From a bacterium (lineage in GTDB: Bacteria; 4484-113), in contig JAGGTK010000072.1 of assembly GCA_021163765.1 (NCBI GenBank), positions 6,072 through 70,071 of the forward strand: a stretch of 64,000 nt of DNA, read 5' to 3'. Shown one piece after another: positions 54,088 to 62,497 of the stretch (position 1 is the stretch's first letter; each line of letters begins with the position of its first letter). The notes below the pieces were generated by a model. The model saw only the letters and a program-made list of their open reading frames with translations. It was not told the origin of the DNA and did no database searches. The translations under genes were made by a program, and so were the position numbers.

Positions 54088-55467
54088 ATGAGAGTATATG
54101 ATGATCTATACGGCCTAGTTGAGTTCAACAGGCATGAAAGGCTGATTATCGATCACCCAATGTTTCAGCGACTCCGGCGCGTCAAGCAGCTAGCCTTGGC
54201 TGATTACATATTCCCTGGTGCTACACATTCGCGTTTTTCACACTCGTTGGGCGTTGCAGACCTTATGAAACGACTCGCCTCTAAGGTTTTGGATGTAGCT
54301 TGGAAGAGAAATGACGAGAATCCAAGAAGTCCTCTTAGCACACTTAGGATGGCAGCCTTGTTGCATGACATCGGTCACCTCCCGCTATCGCATTCCCTTG
54401 AGGATGCCTACGAAGCCCAGATTGGACACACCAGCGAACTTCCTAAAGAACTTACGCCATTAGAAGCGCCAAAGGATGAACGACAAAAGCTCCACGAACT
54501 CCTATCTAAGCTAGTGATTACCAAATCACCATTGGCAGAGAGACTGGGTGAGCTAAATTTCAACACACAAGATATAGGAGCAATTGTTACAGGAGTTCAC
54601 CAGAGAATTTTGTATAATCAACTCCTCCATAGCGACCTTGATGTTGACCAAATGGACTATTTGCTCCGTGACGCCAAAGCCACAGGAATCAACTATGGTG
54701 AGTATAACTCGTCATACCTTCTAAATAACATCCTCCAAGATGAGATTACGCACGTACTTTTCGTGGATGAGAAAGCACTCCACACGGTGGAACATTTCAT
54801 CCTTGCCAAGTACTTCTATTTCCTCCAGATTCTCTATCACAAGAAAAGGGATATCTATGAAAGGCTTGCCGCAGTCTGCGCTCAGTGGCTTATAGAGGAC
54901 AAGGAACTACAGTTAAACCTCCCATCACTGACGGAACTTCCTCAATGCATTAAGTCAGGCGAGTTCTCTCACCTAGATGACCATCGCTTCTTTGCGGCCT
55001 TAAGACAGTTCCAGAAGAAGTTAAAAGAGAACGATATTCGCAGAAGAATCTGCTCAATACTGCTGGACCGCCATCATGTCGGTGTATTAACAACCGAGAA
55101 GATGGTTAAAGTCGACATACTGCAACCTGAGAACGAAACTGAAGACGCTCATGCGGTTATCGAAAATGAGTATTCGCAAGAGATGAAAGCTCTTCAGGGG
55201 CAGAATCTGTTTGAAGACACCGAGTTAGAAAATACTAGCTTCTCACCTTTTGTTCGTCATGAGGTAAGCTTCTACAAACCCAGCTCGGAGACTGAGAAAC
55301 GAAAGCCTGAGGAGGGACCTAATCCTGAGACCATTAAGGTCGGATTGGGCAAACGCAGAGCGTTATCGGAAATCAACACATTACCTCAGTCGATGATTCC
55401 CCCACTTACGGAATACATAACCGTTCTCTACCGATACTACTACTACCCTGACAACCTGCTAAGGTAG
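54088..55467 (+). CDS. SAMHD1/EF1143/YwfO-like HD-domain phosphohydrolase (putative dNTP triphosphohydrolase)
   Basis: VYDDLYGLVEFNRHERLIIDHPMFQRLRRVKQLALADYIFPGATHSRFSHSLGV, then AALLHDIGHLPLSHSLED, then DLDVDQMDYLLRDAKATGI. This gives the H...HD...D metal site in SAMHD1 order and context. Confidence 0.8.
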   Translation: MRVYDDLYGLVEFNRHERLIIDHPMFQRLRRVKQLALADYIFPGATHSRFSHSLGVADLMKRLASKVLDVAWKRNDENPRSPLSTLRMAALLHDIGHLPLSHSLEDAYEAQIGHTSELPKELTPLEAPKDERQKLHELLSKLVITKSPLAERLGELNFNTQDIGAIVTGVHQRILYNQLLHSDLDVDQMDYLLRDAKATGINYGEYNSSYLLNNILQDEITHVLFVDEKALHTVEHFILAKYFYFLQILYHKKRDIYERLAAVCAQWLIEDKELQLNLPSLTELPQCIKSGEFSHLDDHRFFAALRQFQKKLKENDIRRRICSILLDRHHVGVLTTEKMVKVDILQPENETEDAHAVIENEYSQEMKALQGQNLFEDTELENTSFSPFVRHEVSFYKPSSETEKRKPEEGPNPETIKVGLGKRRALSEINTLPQSMIPPLTEYITVLYRYYYYPDNLLR

Positions 55468-55477
55468 AATCTTAGCG

Positions 55478-55990
55478 ATGCTCAATCATAAGAACGCTTA
55501 TATCATCTTGCCACTCCTAGGTTACCTCATCCTCGCATCCTGCGCGCCACCCCAGTCCATTGAGCGGCGGGCGCACAGCTTCTACAGCTTCCTGACGGGC
55601 CACCGGCCGTCCGCGAGCTTTGAAGACTACATCTCGCCAGCGTTCCGCAGCGAAATCGCCACGGGGCAGGGGAAAACGCGGCTGGAGATTCTGACGCAGG
55701 CGCTGCGCTCACCCTCAGGCACCAAGCTGGACGCGCCCAAACTGGAAGACGTGCGCGCTATAACCGAAGGCGACTTTGCGCTCACCTGGCTCGAAGGCCG
55801 GCCCGACCAGCCGCTCACGGACAGCCCGCCGATGCGCTGGGTCAAAGTCAAGGGGCGCTGGTACCTCTACTTCGGCACAGCGAAGGAGTATGAGGAATAC
55901 CGCGACTTCCCCAGCGCGCTGCGCCGCGAAGAGCCGGAAGTACCCAGCGGTTCGGAGCTTTCGGAAGGCGCACCTGCGGGCACGGGCTAA
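55478..55990 (+). CDS. Hypothetical lipoprotein (170 aa)
   Basis: Lipobox LILASC after a hydrophobic N-terminus. The first ~60 nt are AT-richer than the rest of the gene. Confidence 0.55.
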   Translation: MLNHKNAYIILPLLGYLILASCAPPQSIERRAHSFYSFLTGHRPSASFEDYISPAFRSEIATGQGKTRLEILTQALRSPSGTKLDAPKLEDVRAITEGDFALTWLEGRPDQPLTDSPPMRWVKVKGRWYLYFGTAKEYEEYRDFPSALRREEPEVPSGSELSEGAPAGTG

Positions 55991-56013
55991 CGCGAAGCCG
56001 CGCCTTTCTCACA

Positions 56014-56664
56014 TCACCGGTGGCGGGCAACCCCCACCTTCGGGCAGAGGTCGCCGATGATGCACTCGCTGCACCGCGGCGACGTGGGATGGCATATTTG
56101 CTGGCCGTGATTGACAATTAGCCGGTTGATGGCCGCCCACTCGCTTTGGGGCAGCAGCTTCATCAGCGCATCCTCGGTATCGCCCGGAGTGTCCGTTTTC
56201 ACCCATCCCAAACGGTTCGATATCCGGTGCACGTGCGTATCCACGCATATCGCGGGGACGCCAAACGCCACCGAGAGCACGAGGTTGGCGGTCTTGCGGC
56301 CCACGCCGGGCAGCTCCATAAGCTCCTCGCGCGTGCGCGGCACCTTGCCGCCGAAGCGCTCCACAATCAACTGTGCGACCTGCACAAGCTGCTTCGCCTT
56401 CGTTTTATAAAAGCCGACAGGATAGATGAGTTCCGCGATGCGCTCCGGGTCGGCCGAAGACATAGCTTTGGGGGTTTTGTATTCTGCAAAGAGCCTGCGC
56501 GCTGCCTCCACAGTCACCGGGTCTTTCGTGCGCGCGCTCATTATCGTCGAGACGAGTGAGCGGAAGGCGGGCGTCTTCCGGCTAATCTTCAGCGGATGCC
56601 TGGGATATGCTGCGGAAAGCCTCCGTATAACTTCAAGAAGGTGCTTTCGGGAGGGCTTTTTCAC
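56014..56664 (-). CDS. nth: Endonuclease III (DNA glycosylase/AP lyase)
   Basis: HhH-GPD region LPGVGRKTANLVL...DTHVHRISNRLG and [4Fe-4S] motif CHPTSPRCSECIIGDLC. Confidence 0.9.
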   Translation of the reverse strand: MKKPSRKHLLEVIRRLSAAYPRHPLKISRKTPAFRSLVSTIMSARTKDPVTVEAARRLFAEYKTPKAMSSADPERIAELIYPVGFYKTKAKQLVQVAQLIVERFGGKVPRTREELMELPGVGRKTANLVLSVAFGVPAICVDTHVHRISNRLGWVKTDTPGDTEDALMKLLPQSEWAAINRLIVNHGQQICHPTSPRCSECIIGDLCPKVGVARHR

Positions 56665-56701
56665 CGCGCCATTATAGCTGACTGTGTTACAATCTTTTCG
56701 G

Positions 56702-57334
56702 ATGAACGAGGCACGCCGGAAATTTCGCCTTGTACCCCAGAAGGAAGGGCAAGGCGAACTTCACACCACCGAATTCGCCGTAGTTGACCTCGAAACCACA
56801 GGCGGGAACGCAGAAGACGAGAAGATTACCGAGATGGCAGCCTGTGTGACGCAGGGCGGCAGGATTGTCCGCACTTTTGAGCATCTGGTAAATCCCGAGC
56901 GCCCCATTCCGCCTTTCGTGCGCCGCCTTACCGGAATCACCAACGAGATGGTATCCGGTCAGCCCACCATCGCGGAAGTCCTGCCCGATTTCCTGGACAC
57001 TGTCGGCAAGGCGGTAATCGTGGCCCATCACGCCGATTTCGACACCGGCTTCCTGCGGAAGGCCGCCCGCACCGCGCTGAACCGCGAGTTGCCCAACGGC
57101 GTTGTCTGCACGCGGCGACTGGGACAGCAGCTTCTGCCGTGGCTTCCCAGCCACAGCCTTTCAACCATCGCGGATTTCTTCGGCATCGGGATTAAAAACC
57201 GCCATCGTGCTATGGGCGATGCGCTGGCCACCACGGCGATAATGAACATCTATCTCCGCTACCTTAGCCACCGTGGAATCAACGAACTTAACCAGCTTCA
57301 TCAGCTGGAGCGCGGAAAGCTGTCTCTGAGCTAA
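56702..57334 (+). CDS. DEDDh 3'-5' exonuclease (DNA polymerase III epsilon-like)
   Basis: FAVVDLETTG (Exo I), VAHHADFDTGFL (Exo II) and HRAMGDALAT (Exo III). The ATG 56702 is 8 nt after TGTTACAAT (-10-like, TACAAT at 56688-56693), so the leader may be very short. Alternative start GTG 56684. Confidence 0.8.
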   Translation: MNEARRKFRLVPQKEGQGELHTTEFAVVDLETTGGNAEDEKITEMAACVTQGGRIVRTFEHLVNPERPIPPFVRRLTGITNEMVSGQPTIAEVLPDFLDTVGKAVIVAHHADFDTGFLRKAARTALNRELPNGVVCTRRLGQQLLPWLPSHSLSTIADFFGIGIKNRHRAMGDALATTAIMNIYLRYLSHRGINELNQLHQLERGKLSLS

Positions 57335-57346
57335 CTGGCTTTTAGC

Positions 57347-57766
57347 CTATCTCTCAACCTTCACCATAAGGCATTTGCCCTCGACGAGCACGTCAGGGCT
57401 GCCCGCCAAGTGGATCTTACCCTCCGCGCGGAAGAACCTCCCGCGCTCTTCAGTTAGGCGCGCGTGGCACACGAGCGCCTCGCCAACCGGCACCGGCCGG
57501 CGGAAACGAACTTCCAGAGTCGCCGTGACCACAAGTTTGGCGCGCGTGCGGGACACAAGGTTGTTCATCACATCGTCCAGGACCGTCGCCGCAATCCCGC
57601 CGTGCAGCACGCCCGCGAATCCTTGAAGATGGGGACCGGGCGTGAAATGCGCCACGATGCCGCCGGATTCCAGCTCGAAGCGAAGGTGCAGGCCGAAAGG
57701 ATTTTGCTGCCCGCACGCAAAGCAATAGTCATTATCCAGCACCGACTGCGCGTTGCCTTCACCCAT
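57347..57766 (-). CDS. PaaI-type hotdog-fold thioesterase
   Basis: 139 aa. CFACGQQNPFGLHLRF...GVLHGGIAATVLDDVM is typical of the PaaI/YbgC-like thioesterase N-terminal region. Confidence 0.75.
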   Translation of the reverse strand: MGEGNAQSVLDNDYCFACGQQNPFGLHLRFELESGGIVAHFTPGPHLQGFAGVLHGGIAATVLDDVMNNLVSRTRAKLVVTATLEVRFRRPVPVGEALVCHARLTEERGRFFRAEGKIHLAGSPDVLVEGKCLMVKVER

Positions 57767-57784
57767 AACGGTAATCCTCCTGCA

Positions 57785-60700
57785 CTAGAAACGGAAGTTG
57801 AAGCCCAGGTTTCCTACGATCTCTTCCTGCTCCTGGCCCCGGCGGCGCCACATCAGCTCAACGTAAGTTTTAGCGCCGTAGCGCTCATCGAAGTAGAATT
57901 TGCCTGAAACTTCCTGCCGCTCGTCCACTTCCTCCAGGAAGGTGCGCAGGTAGCTCATAGAAAACTGCGGCGCGAATTCTTTTTCCATGTTGATGTAGAA
58001 AGGCGTGCCTTCGTCGGACGAAAGAGCGCGGATCTCGAAGCGCTTGAAATCAAGGCTTTCCTCGAGGAAGCGTGACAGGCGGCTGCCGGAGAAGGCAAGC
58101 GCTTCGCTGCCCAGGAAGGTCTGCAAGCCGGTGGGGGAAACATCGAGCGCCTGTCCGCCCAGCAGGTAGACCATAATGGCCTGGCGCGACAGCGGGGGCT
58201 CCGAGTACATGTTGATTTCGTCGAAGTTCTGCTCATCGGCGAGCGCGTCCAGCTGCATGTCGTGGAAGCCGAAATAGACGGTGAGGTCTTCCTCCGTGGG
58301 AGCTAGGGGCAGGTCAGACGGCAGGATCTCCACCGGGAGTTCGCCGTGCGAGGAGGCAAGAGCCCCCGGTAATTCAACCGCCGCCGTGCCGAAGAGGTGC
58401 GGCATCCGGCCGTAGTCGTACTCTTCCTCCAACCCCACCTTTATGGTCGCAGGCCCCGTGAGCCGCACAATACGGTTGAGCAACACCAGCGAGCCCCTGG
58501 GTGCCGTGAGCTCCCCTTCCAGGCGCGGGTCTCCGGCTGTGCCGCTCACCATAAGTTCACCGTTCAGCGCGACTTCCATCATTAGCGGCGCATACCTCAC
58601 CCAGCAGTCGGAGCCGACCGTGACCTTCAAGGGGTTGTCATAATCACCTAGCATGACCTCGACGCCGTAGTCCATCGGTTCCAGCGCTGCCAGCGTGGGA
58701 AGCTTCAGAGTCGCGCCGGGCCGGACTGCGATTTCTCCTGTTAAAGAGATGGGCTGAGCCGCAAAGGACTTCGTCACCGTGAGTGAGCCACTGAGCCCGC
58801 CCTTGAACAGTCCCGCCACTTCAACCCGGTCGAGGTTCGCGAGGTCTACGCTGACGTCCACAGAATCGAGTTCGCGGCTGTCAGGCGCAAGCTTTGCCGA
58901 GCCTGTTACGCGGGCGAAATTCCGTGGCGTGCCGTCGGTGTCCCCCCCGTTGGGATACAGGTTCATGTTCACTTTCGCCGACTGGACGCATTCGCCATCC
59001 GACCGGGCGTCGTCCAGCCTGGACTCGCAATCCAGCTCGATATCGCCCGCCACTCTTGCCAGCACAACGCTGCCATTGAAGGCGATGTCATCCAGCTCCA
59101 CTTTAACCGGACCGGTGAGACGCGGCGCGCTCCACGTGCCGCCCACGTTAAGTTCCGCAGTGAAGCGCCCGGAGCAATCCCACTGGCTTTCCTTCATAAA
59201 GGGGCGAAGGAACTCAAGCGAGAAGTTCTCCGCGTGCACAGCCATCTCGAACTCTTCGCTCGTGCCCGGGAAAGGAACCACGCCGTCAAGAACCATCTCT
59301 GACTCATCAGATTGCACGAGCGTCGCCTTCAGGCGTATCGCGCCGTGCGCAATCTCCAGCATGCCCCTGATGCTATCCACGGCAAACATCCCTGCGCGCA
59401 GGCCGGATTCGTCTGCTGTCAGAAACGATCCGACAAGTACCGGCGCACCTGCCTCGTCCCGGGTCACTTCCGATATGAAACCCATTTTCCCCGACAATGG
59501 CTGTAGATTCTCCGGCAGCAGCGGCGAAAGCAGTGCAAGATCCATATAAGGAACATTGACGCTGATGCTTGTTTCCCCAGGCTCCCGACTCCAGAAGCCC
59601 GACGCGCTAATCAGGTATTCAGGGGTGGAAAGCTCCAGTTTGTCGATATAGATGCCGGCTGGCTGGATATTGAACGCGATTTCGGCTGCATCCACGCTCG
59701 TCCCGAGCATCACTCCATCTTCCAGCACGAAGTAGCCCTGCGATACCGTTTGGGTTTCTCCAGCGGAGCGCTGTATCTGGCCGCTGACAAAACCCGCCGC
59801 CTCCAGTTTCTCAAGTCCCTCGTACGCATATGCCAGCGGAGCAACCGGGAAGTCCTTCACCGTCACCGACCATTCGTCCTCTCCCTCTTTTCCAAACTGC
59901 CAGGCTCCCTGGGCGTCAAGGCTCCCCGCGCCCATGCTCAGGTGCGCCTTCGCAATCTCAAGGCTGCCAGCATCGCCATGCAGCTCCAGTTCAAGCCTTC
60001 CGATTCGCTCCCCGGCCAGCGACCCTTCCATCTGGCGGTAATGCAACTTATACCTTGGGTCGGTGTAACTTCCGTGTAGTTTCAGTTGCAGTTCCCCTTC
60101 TCCCGCAGCAGGGAAGTTCAGCTCAGGCACGAAGCGTGGGACCATGCCGAAAAGCGAACACTCGTCGGCTGTTGCGCGCAGGAAAAACCTGTTCCCGCCC
60201 AGCGTCCCGTCGAAGAACAGCAACTCTCCACCCACCTGCGCACTGCCTTCCGTAATGCAGAACTCCCCGTTCTCAAAGACACCCTGCAAAGACACATCCT
60301 GCGCCGAAATCCTGTTTCCGCCGACGTCAACACCAATGCCACCGCTAAACGACGCCACGCGCACCACAGGCTGGTGAATAGTGCCACGTATCACTCCGCT
60401 CGCGTCAACCGGATCAAGCACCGGTATGGACGGAACCCATAGGTGCAGCGGCAGGTCGCTAACTCCATATGCAAAACGGATGCTGCTATCGGCAAACGCG
60501 TAGTCGCCTTCGCCTGTGATGCGCGACGATGCGTAGTGGATATCCAGCTCCGATACCGCCAGGCGCCTGGGTTCCAGGGAGAGTCGCGCCGACAGGCTTA
60601 GCGGCTCATCCAGCAGCACACCGCCCGAATTCACCTCAAGCGCCAGGTGTTCTGGAGAACCACCCCCGGCAATGTCGAAGTACACTCGCTCGCCGGCAAA

Positions 60701-62497
60701 ACTGGCATTGCCCCGGCCTTCGGTTCTTATACGCCAGCCGCCACTCTCGGCGCTGCCGCGAATTGAAGCCGACAGGGCAACCCGCTCCGGGGCATACTTC
60801 CTATAAACGGCTTCGGCTGGATAGGAAGGGAACAGCTCAAGCTGGGGCATAGTGAGCAGGAAAAAGCCGGGTTTTAGCTCAAACGACGCAGCCAGCACCT
60901 CCGCCCGGCCGTCTTCCATTGTGACTTCGGCGCGGCTGGTTCGCCCGGCGAACGACCGCTGCTCCATATCGAAAAGCGCCGCAAGCTCGATTCGCACTTC
61001 CTTGATCCACGAAGGAATGCTCTCTCGCGGCACCAGCGCTGTGGGGATATCGCCGCGTCTAAGCTTTAGGTCGGCGTCCCCGCGCAATCGCGATGAGTCA
61101 CCGCTCACGCGCCCCTGGGCCAGCCTGCGTCCGTCCACCAGCCACGCCACAGTCCCACTCGCGCTTCCTCCCTCCAGGTTCCCTGCCAGCCGCACACTCC
61201 CCGGTAACTCAGTGCCGTGAAAGCTCACGCCTGCCAGCTCCAGTTTGCCGTCGGCTGCCAGGTCGGGAAGAGCCGATGATGGCAGCCTGACCTGCATATT
61301 GCCGTCGAGCCTGCTTGCGGAAACGCCATCCACATCCGCCACGAATACGTGCAAAGGTAAATCCATTACTTCTGCCGCAATTTCACGGCTGGAATCGCTG
61401 TTCAGGTAAACCCCGGCTTCGCCGGCACTCAGATCAACCGATGAGCGCAACACGGAGCCGTCAAACAGCATCTCGCCTGATTTCAGCAGCAACTCGTGGG
61501 AACGGTGAGGAAACAACTTCACGCCGCCGAGCTGCCCCCGGGCTGCGACGACTTTCACCGGCGACTCCGCCTTCAGAGCGAGCTTTAACTCAAAACGGTT
61601 CGCAGTTGTGTCAGACAGGTCCCAGAAAGATGTCTTCAGTGGCAGCCACTTCAGCCCGGAAAGCCTTAGCTCATTGGCGCTCGTGCTCAAGTTTATTTCC
61701 CCGCTTCCCGTCTCGCGGCTCCATCCGAATTTAAGTGAGCCGGGGAAGGGCGCGGCAAGCTTGAGGTCGCCCGTGACGGAGCCGCGCTGCAATCCCAGGT
61801 CCAGCCGCCCATCAACTGCAAGCTCCAGGTTGTCGGGGGCTTCCAGCGCCGCGCTTCCAATCAGGCGTCTGAGGTCGTCCGCGAATGAAGGTTGCAGGTT
61901 TACACCGGTTTTATTCAGCCAGTCGGCCAGGCCTTCCCCTGCACGCGCACGGTGGGGCGCGACCAAGCTCTCGATGTAGGATGACAGGTTTTCCCGGGCG
62001 TCGGCGTCCAGCGCAGTCTTCACCCGCGCGTCGTGCAGGATGATGTGCAGCTCGCGCAGCTTGCCCTTCCCTTCCTCCGGTGCCTTTCGTAGCAGCTCTT
62101 CCAAATCCCAGTGGCCGTCCGCGGTGTATTCCGGGTAAACCCGAAGCTCGTGAATAGTAACCGTAATGGACGCAATCTCCCCCCGGCTCTGCAGCAGGTC
62201 CTGGAGGGTAATCCCCAGCACGGCTTTCCTGGCTTCGGCTATCAGCCTGCCCGTCTCAGGCTGCGTCAGGCGTGGCTCGATAATCACCACTCCCCGCACC
62301 GTCGTCTCCACGTCCTGGAAGTCCAGGTTCCCCAGGGGAGTCTCCCGCGCGATTGTAGAGATGCGCGAGATAAGGGCGCGCTTCCCGGCGCTCATAAACC
62401 ACAGGACGGCCACCGCAAGTGCAACGACCACAAGAGCGATTGCCCAGAGGAGTTTATGCCGCTTCTTCACTTTAAAACGAGAGCTGAACCCCTGCAT
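57785..62497 (-). CDS. tamB: TamB/AsmA-like translocation and assembly module protein (1570 aa)
   Basis: N-terminal TM anchor (LLWAIALVVVALAVAVLWF) and a very long beta-rich body. DUF490-like C-terminal region (LNGELMVSGTAGDPRLEGELTAPRGSLVLLNRIVRLTGPATIKV) ending ...GNLGFNFRF. Confidence 0.7.
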   Translation of the reverse strand: MQGFSSRFKVKKRHKLLWAIALVVVALAVAVLWFMSAGKRALISRISTIARETPLGNLDFQDVETTVRGVVIIEPRLTQPETGRLIAEARKAVLGITLQDLLQSRGEIASITVTIHELRVYPEYTADGHWDLEELLRKAPEEGKGKLRELHIILHDARVKTALDADARENLSSYIESLVAPHRARAGEGLADWLNKTGVNLQPSFADDLRRLIGSAALEAPDNLELAVDGRLDLGLQRGSVTGDLKLAAPFPGSLKFGWSRETGSGEINLSTSANELRLSGLKWLPLKTSFWDLSDTTANRFELKLALKAESPVKVVAARGQLGGVKLFPHRSHELLLKSGEMLFDGSVLRSSVDLSAGEAGVYLNSDSSREIAAEVMDLPLHVFVADVDGVSASRLDGNMQVRLPSSALPDLAADGKLELAGVSFHGTELPGSVRLAGNLEGGSASGTVAWLVDGRRLAQGRVSGDSSRLRGDADLKLRRGDIPTALVPRESIPSWIKEVRIELAALFDMEQRSFAGRTSRAEVTMEDGRAEVLAASFELKPGFFLLTMPQLELFPSYPAEAVYRKYAPERVALSASIRGSAESGGWRIRTEGRGNASFAGERVYFDIAGGGSPEHLALEVNSGGVLLDEPLSLSARLSLEPRRLAVSELDIHYASSRITGEGDYAFADSSIRFAYGVSDLPLHLWVPSIPVLDPVDASGVIRGTIHQPVVRVASFSGGIGVDVGGNRISAQDVSLQGVFENGEFCITEGSAQVGGELLFFDGTLGGNRFFLRATADECSLFGMVPRFVPELNFPAAGEGELQLKLHGSYTDPRYKLHYRQMEGSLAGERIGRLELELHGDAGSLEIAKAHLSMGAGSLDAQGAWQFGKEGEDEWSVTVKDFPVAPLAYAYEGLEKLEAAGFVSGQIQRSAGETQTVSQGYFVLEDGVMLGTSVDAAEIAFNIQPAGIYIDKLELSTPEYLISASGFWSREPGETSISVNVPYMDLALLSPLLPENLQPLSGKMGFISEVTRDEAGAPVLVGSFLTADESGLRAGMFAVDSIRGMLEIAHGAIRLKATLVQSDESEMVLDGVVPFPGTSEEFEMAVHAENFSLEFLRPFMKESQWDCSGRFTAELNVGGTWSAPRLTGPVKVELDDIAFNGSVVLARVAGDIELDCESRLDDARSDGECVQSAKVNMNLYPNGGDTDGTPRNFARVTGSAKLAPDSRELDSVDVSVDLANLDRVEVAGLFKGGLSGSLTVTKSFAAQPISLTGEIAVRPGATLKLPTLAALEPMDYGVEVMLGDYDNPLKVTVGSDCWVRYAPLMMEVALNGELMVSGTAGDPRLEGELTAPRGSLVLLNRIVRLTGPATIKVGLEEEYDYGRMPHLFGTAAVELPGALASSHGELPVEILPSDLPLAPTEEDLTVYFGFHDMQLDALADEQNFDEINMYSEPPLSRQAIMVYLLGGQALDVSPTGLQTFLGSEALAFSGSRLSRFLEESLDFKRFEIRALSSDEGTPFYINMEKEFAPQFSMSYLRTFLEEVDERQEVSGKFYFDERYGAKTYVELMWRRRGQEQEEIVGNLGFNFRF

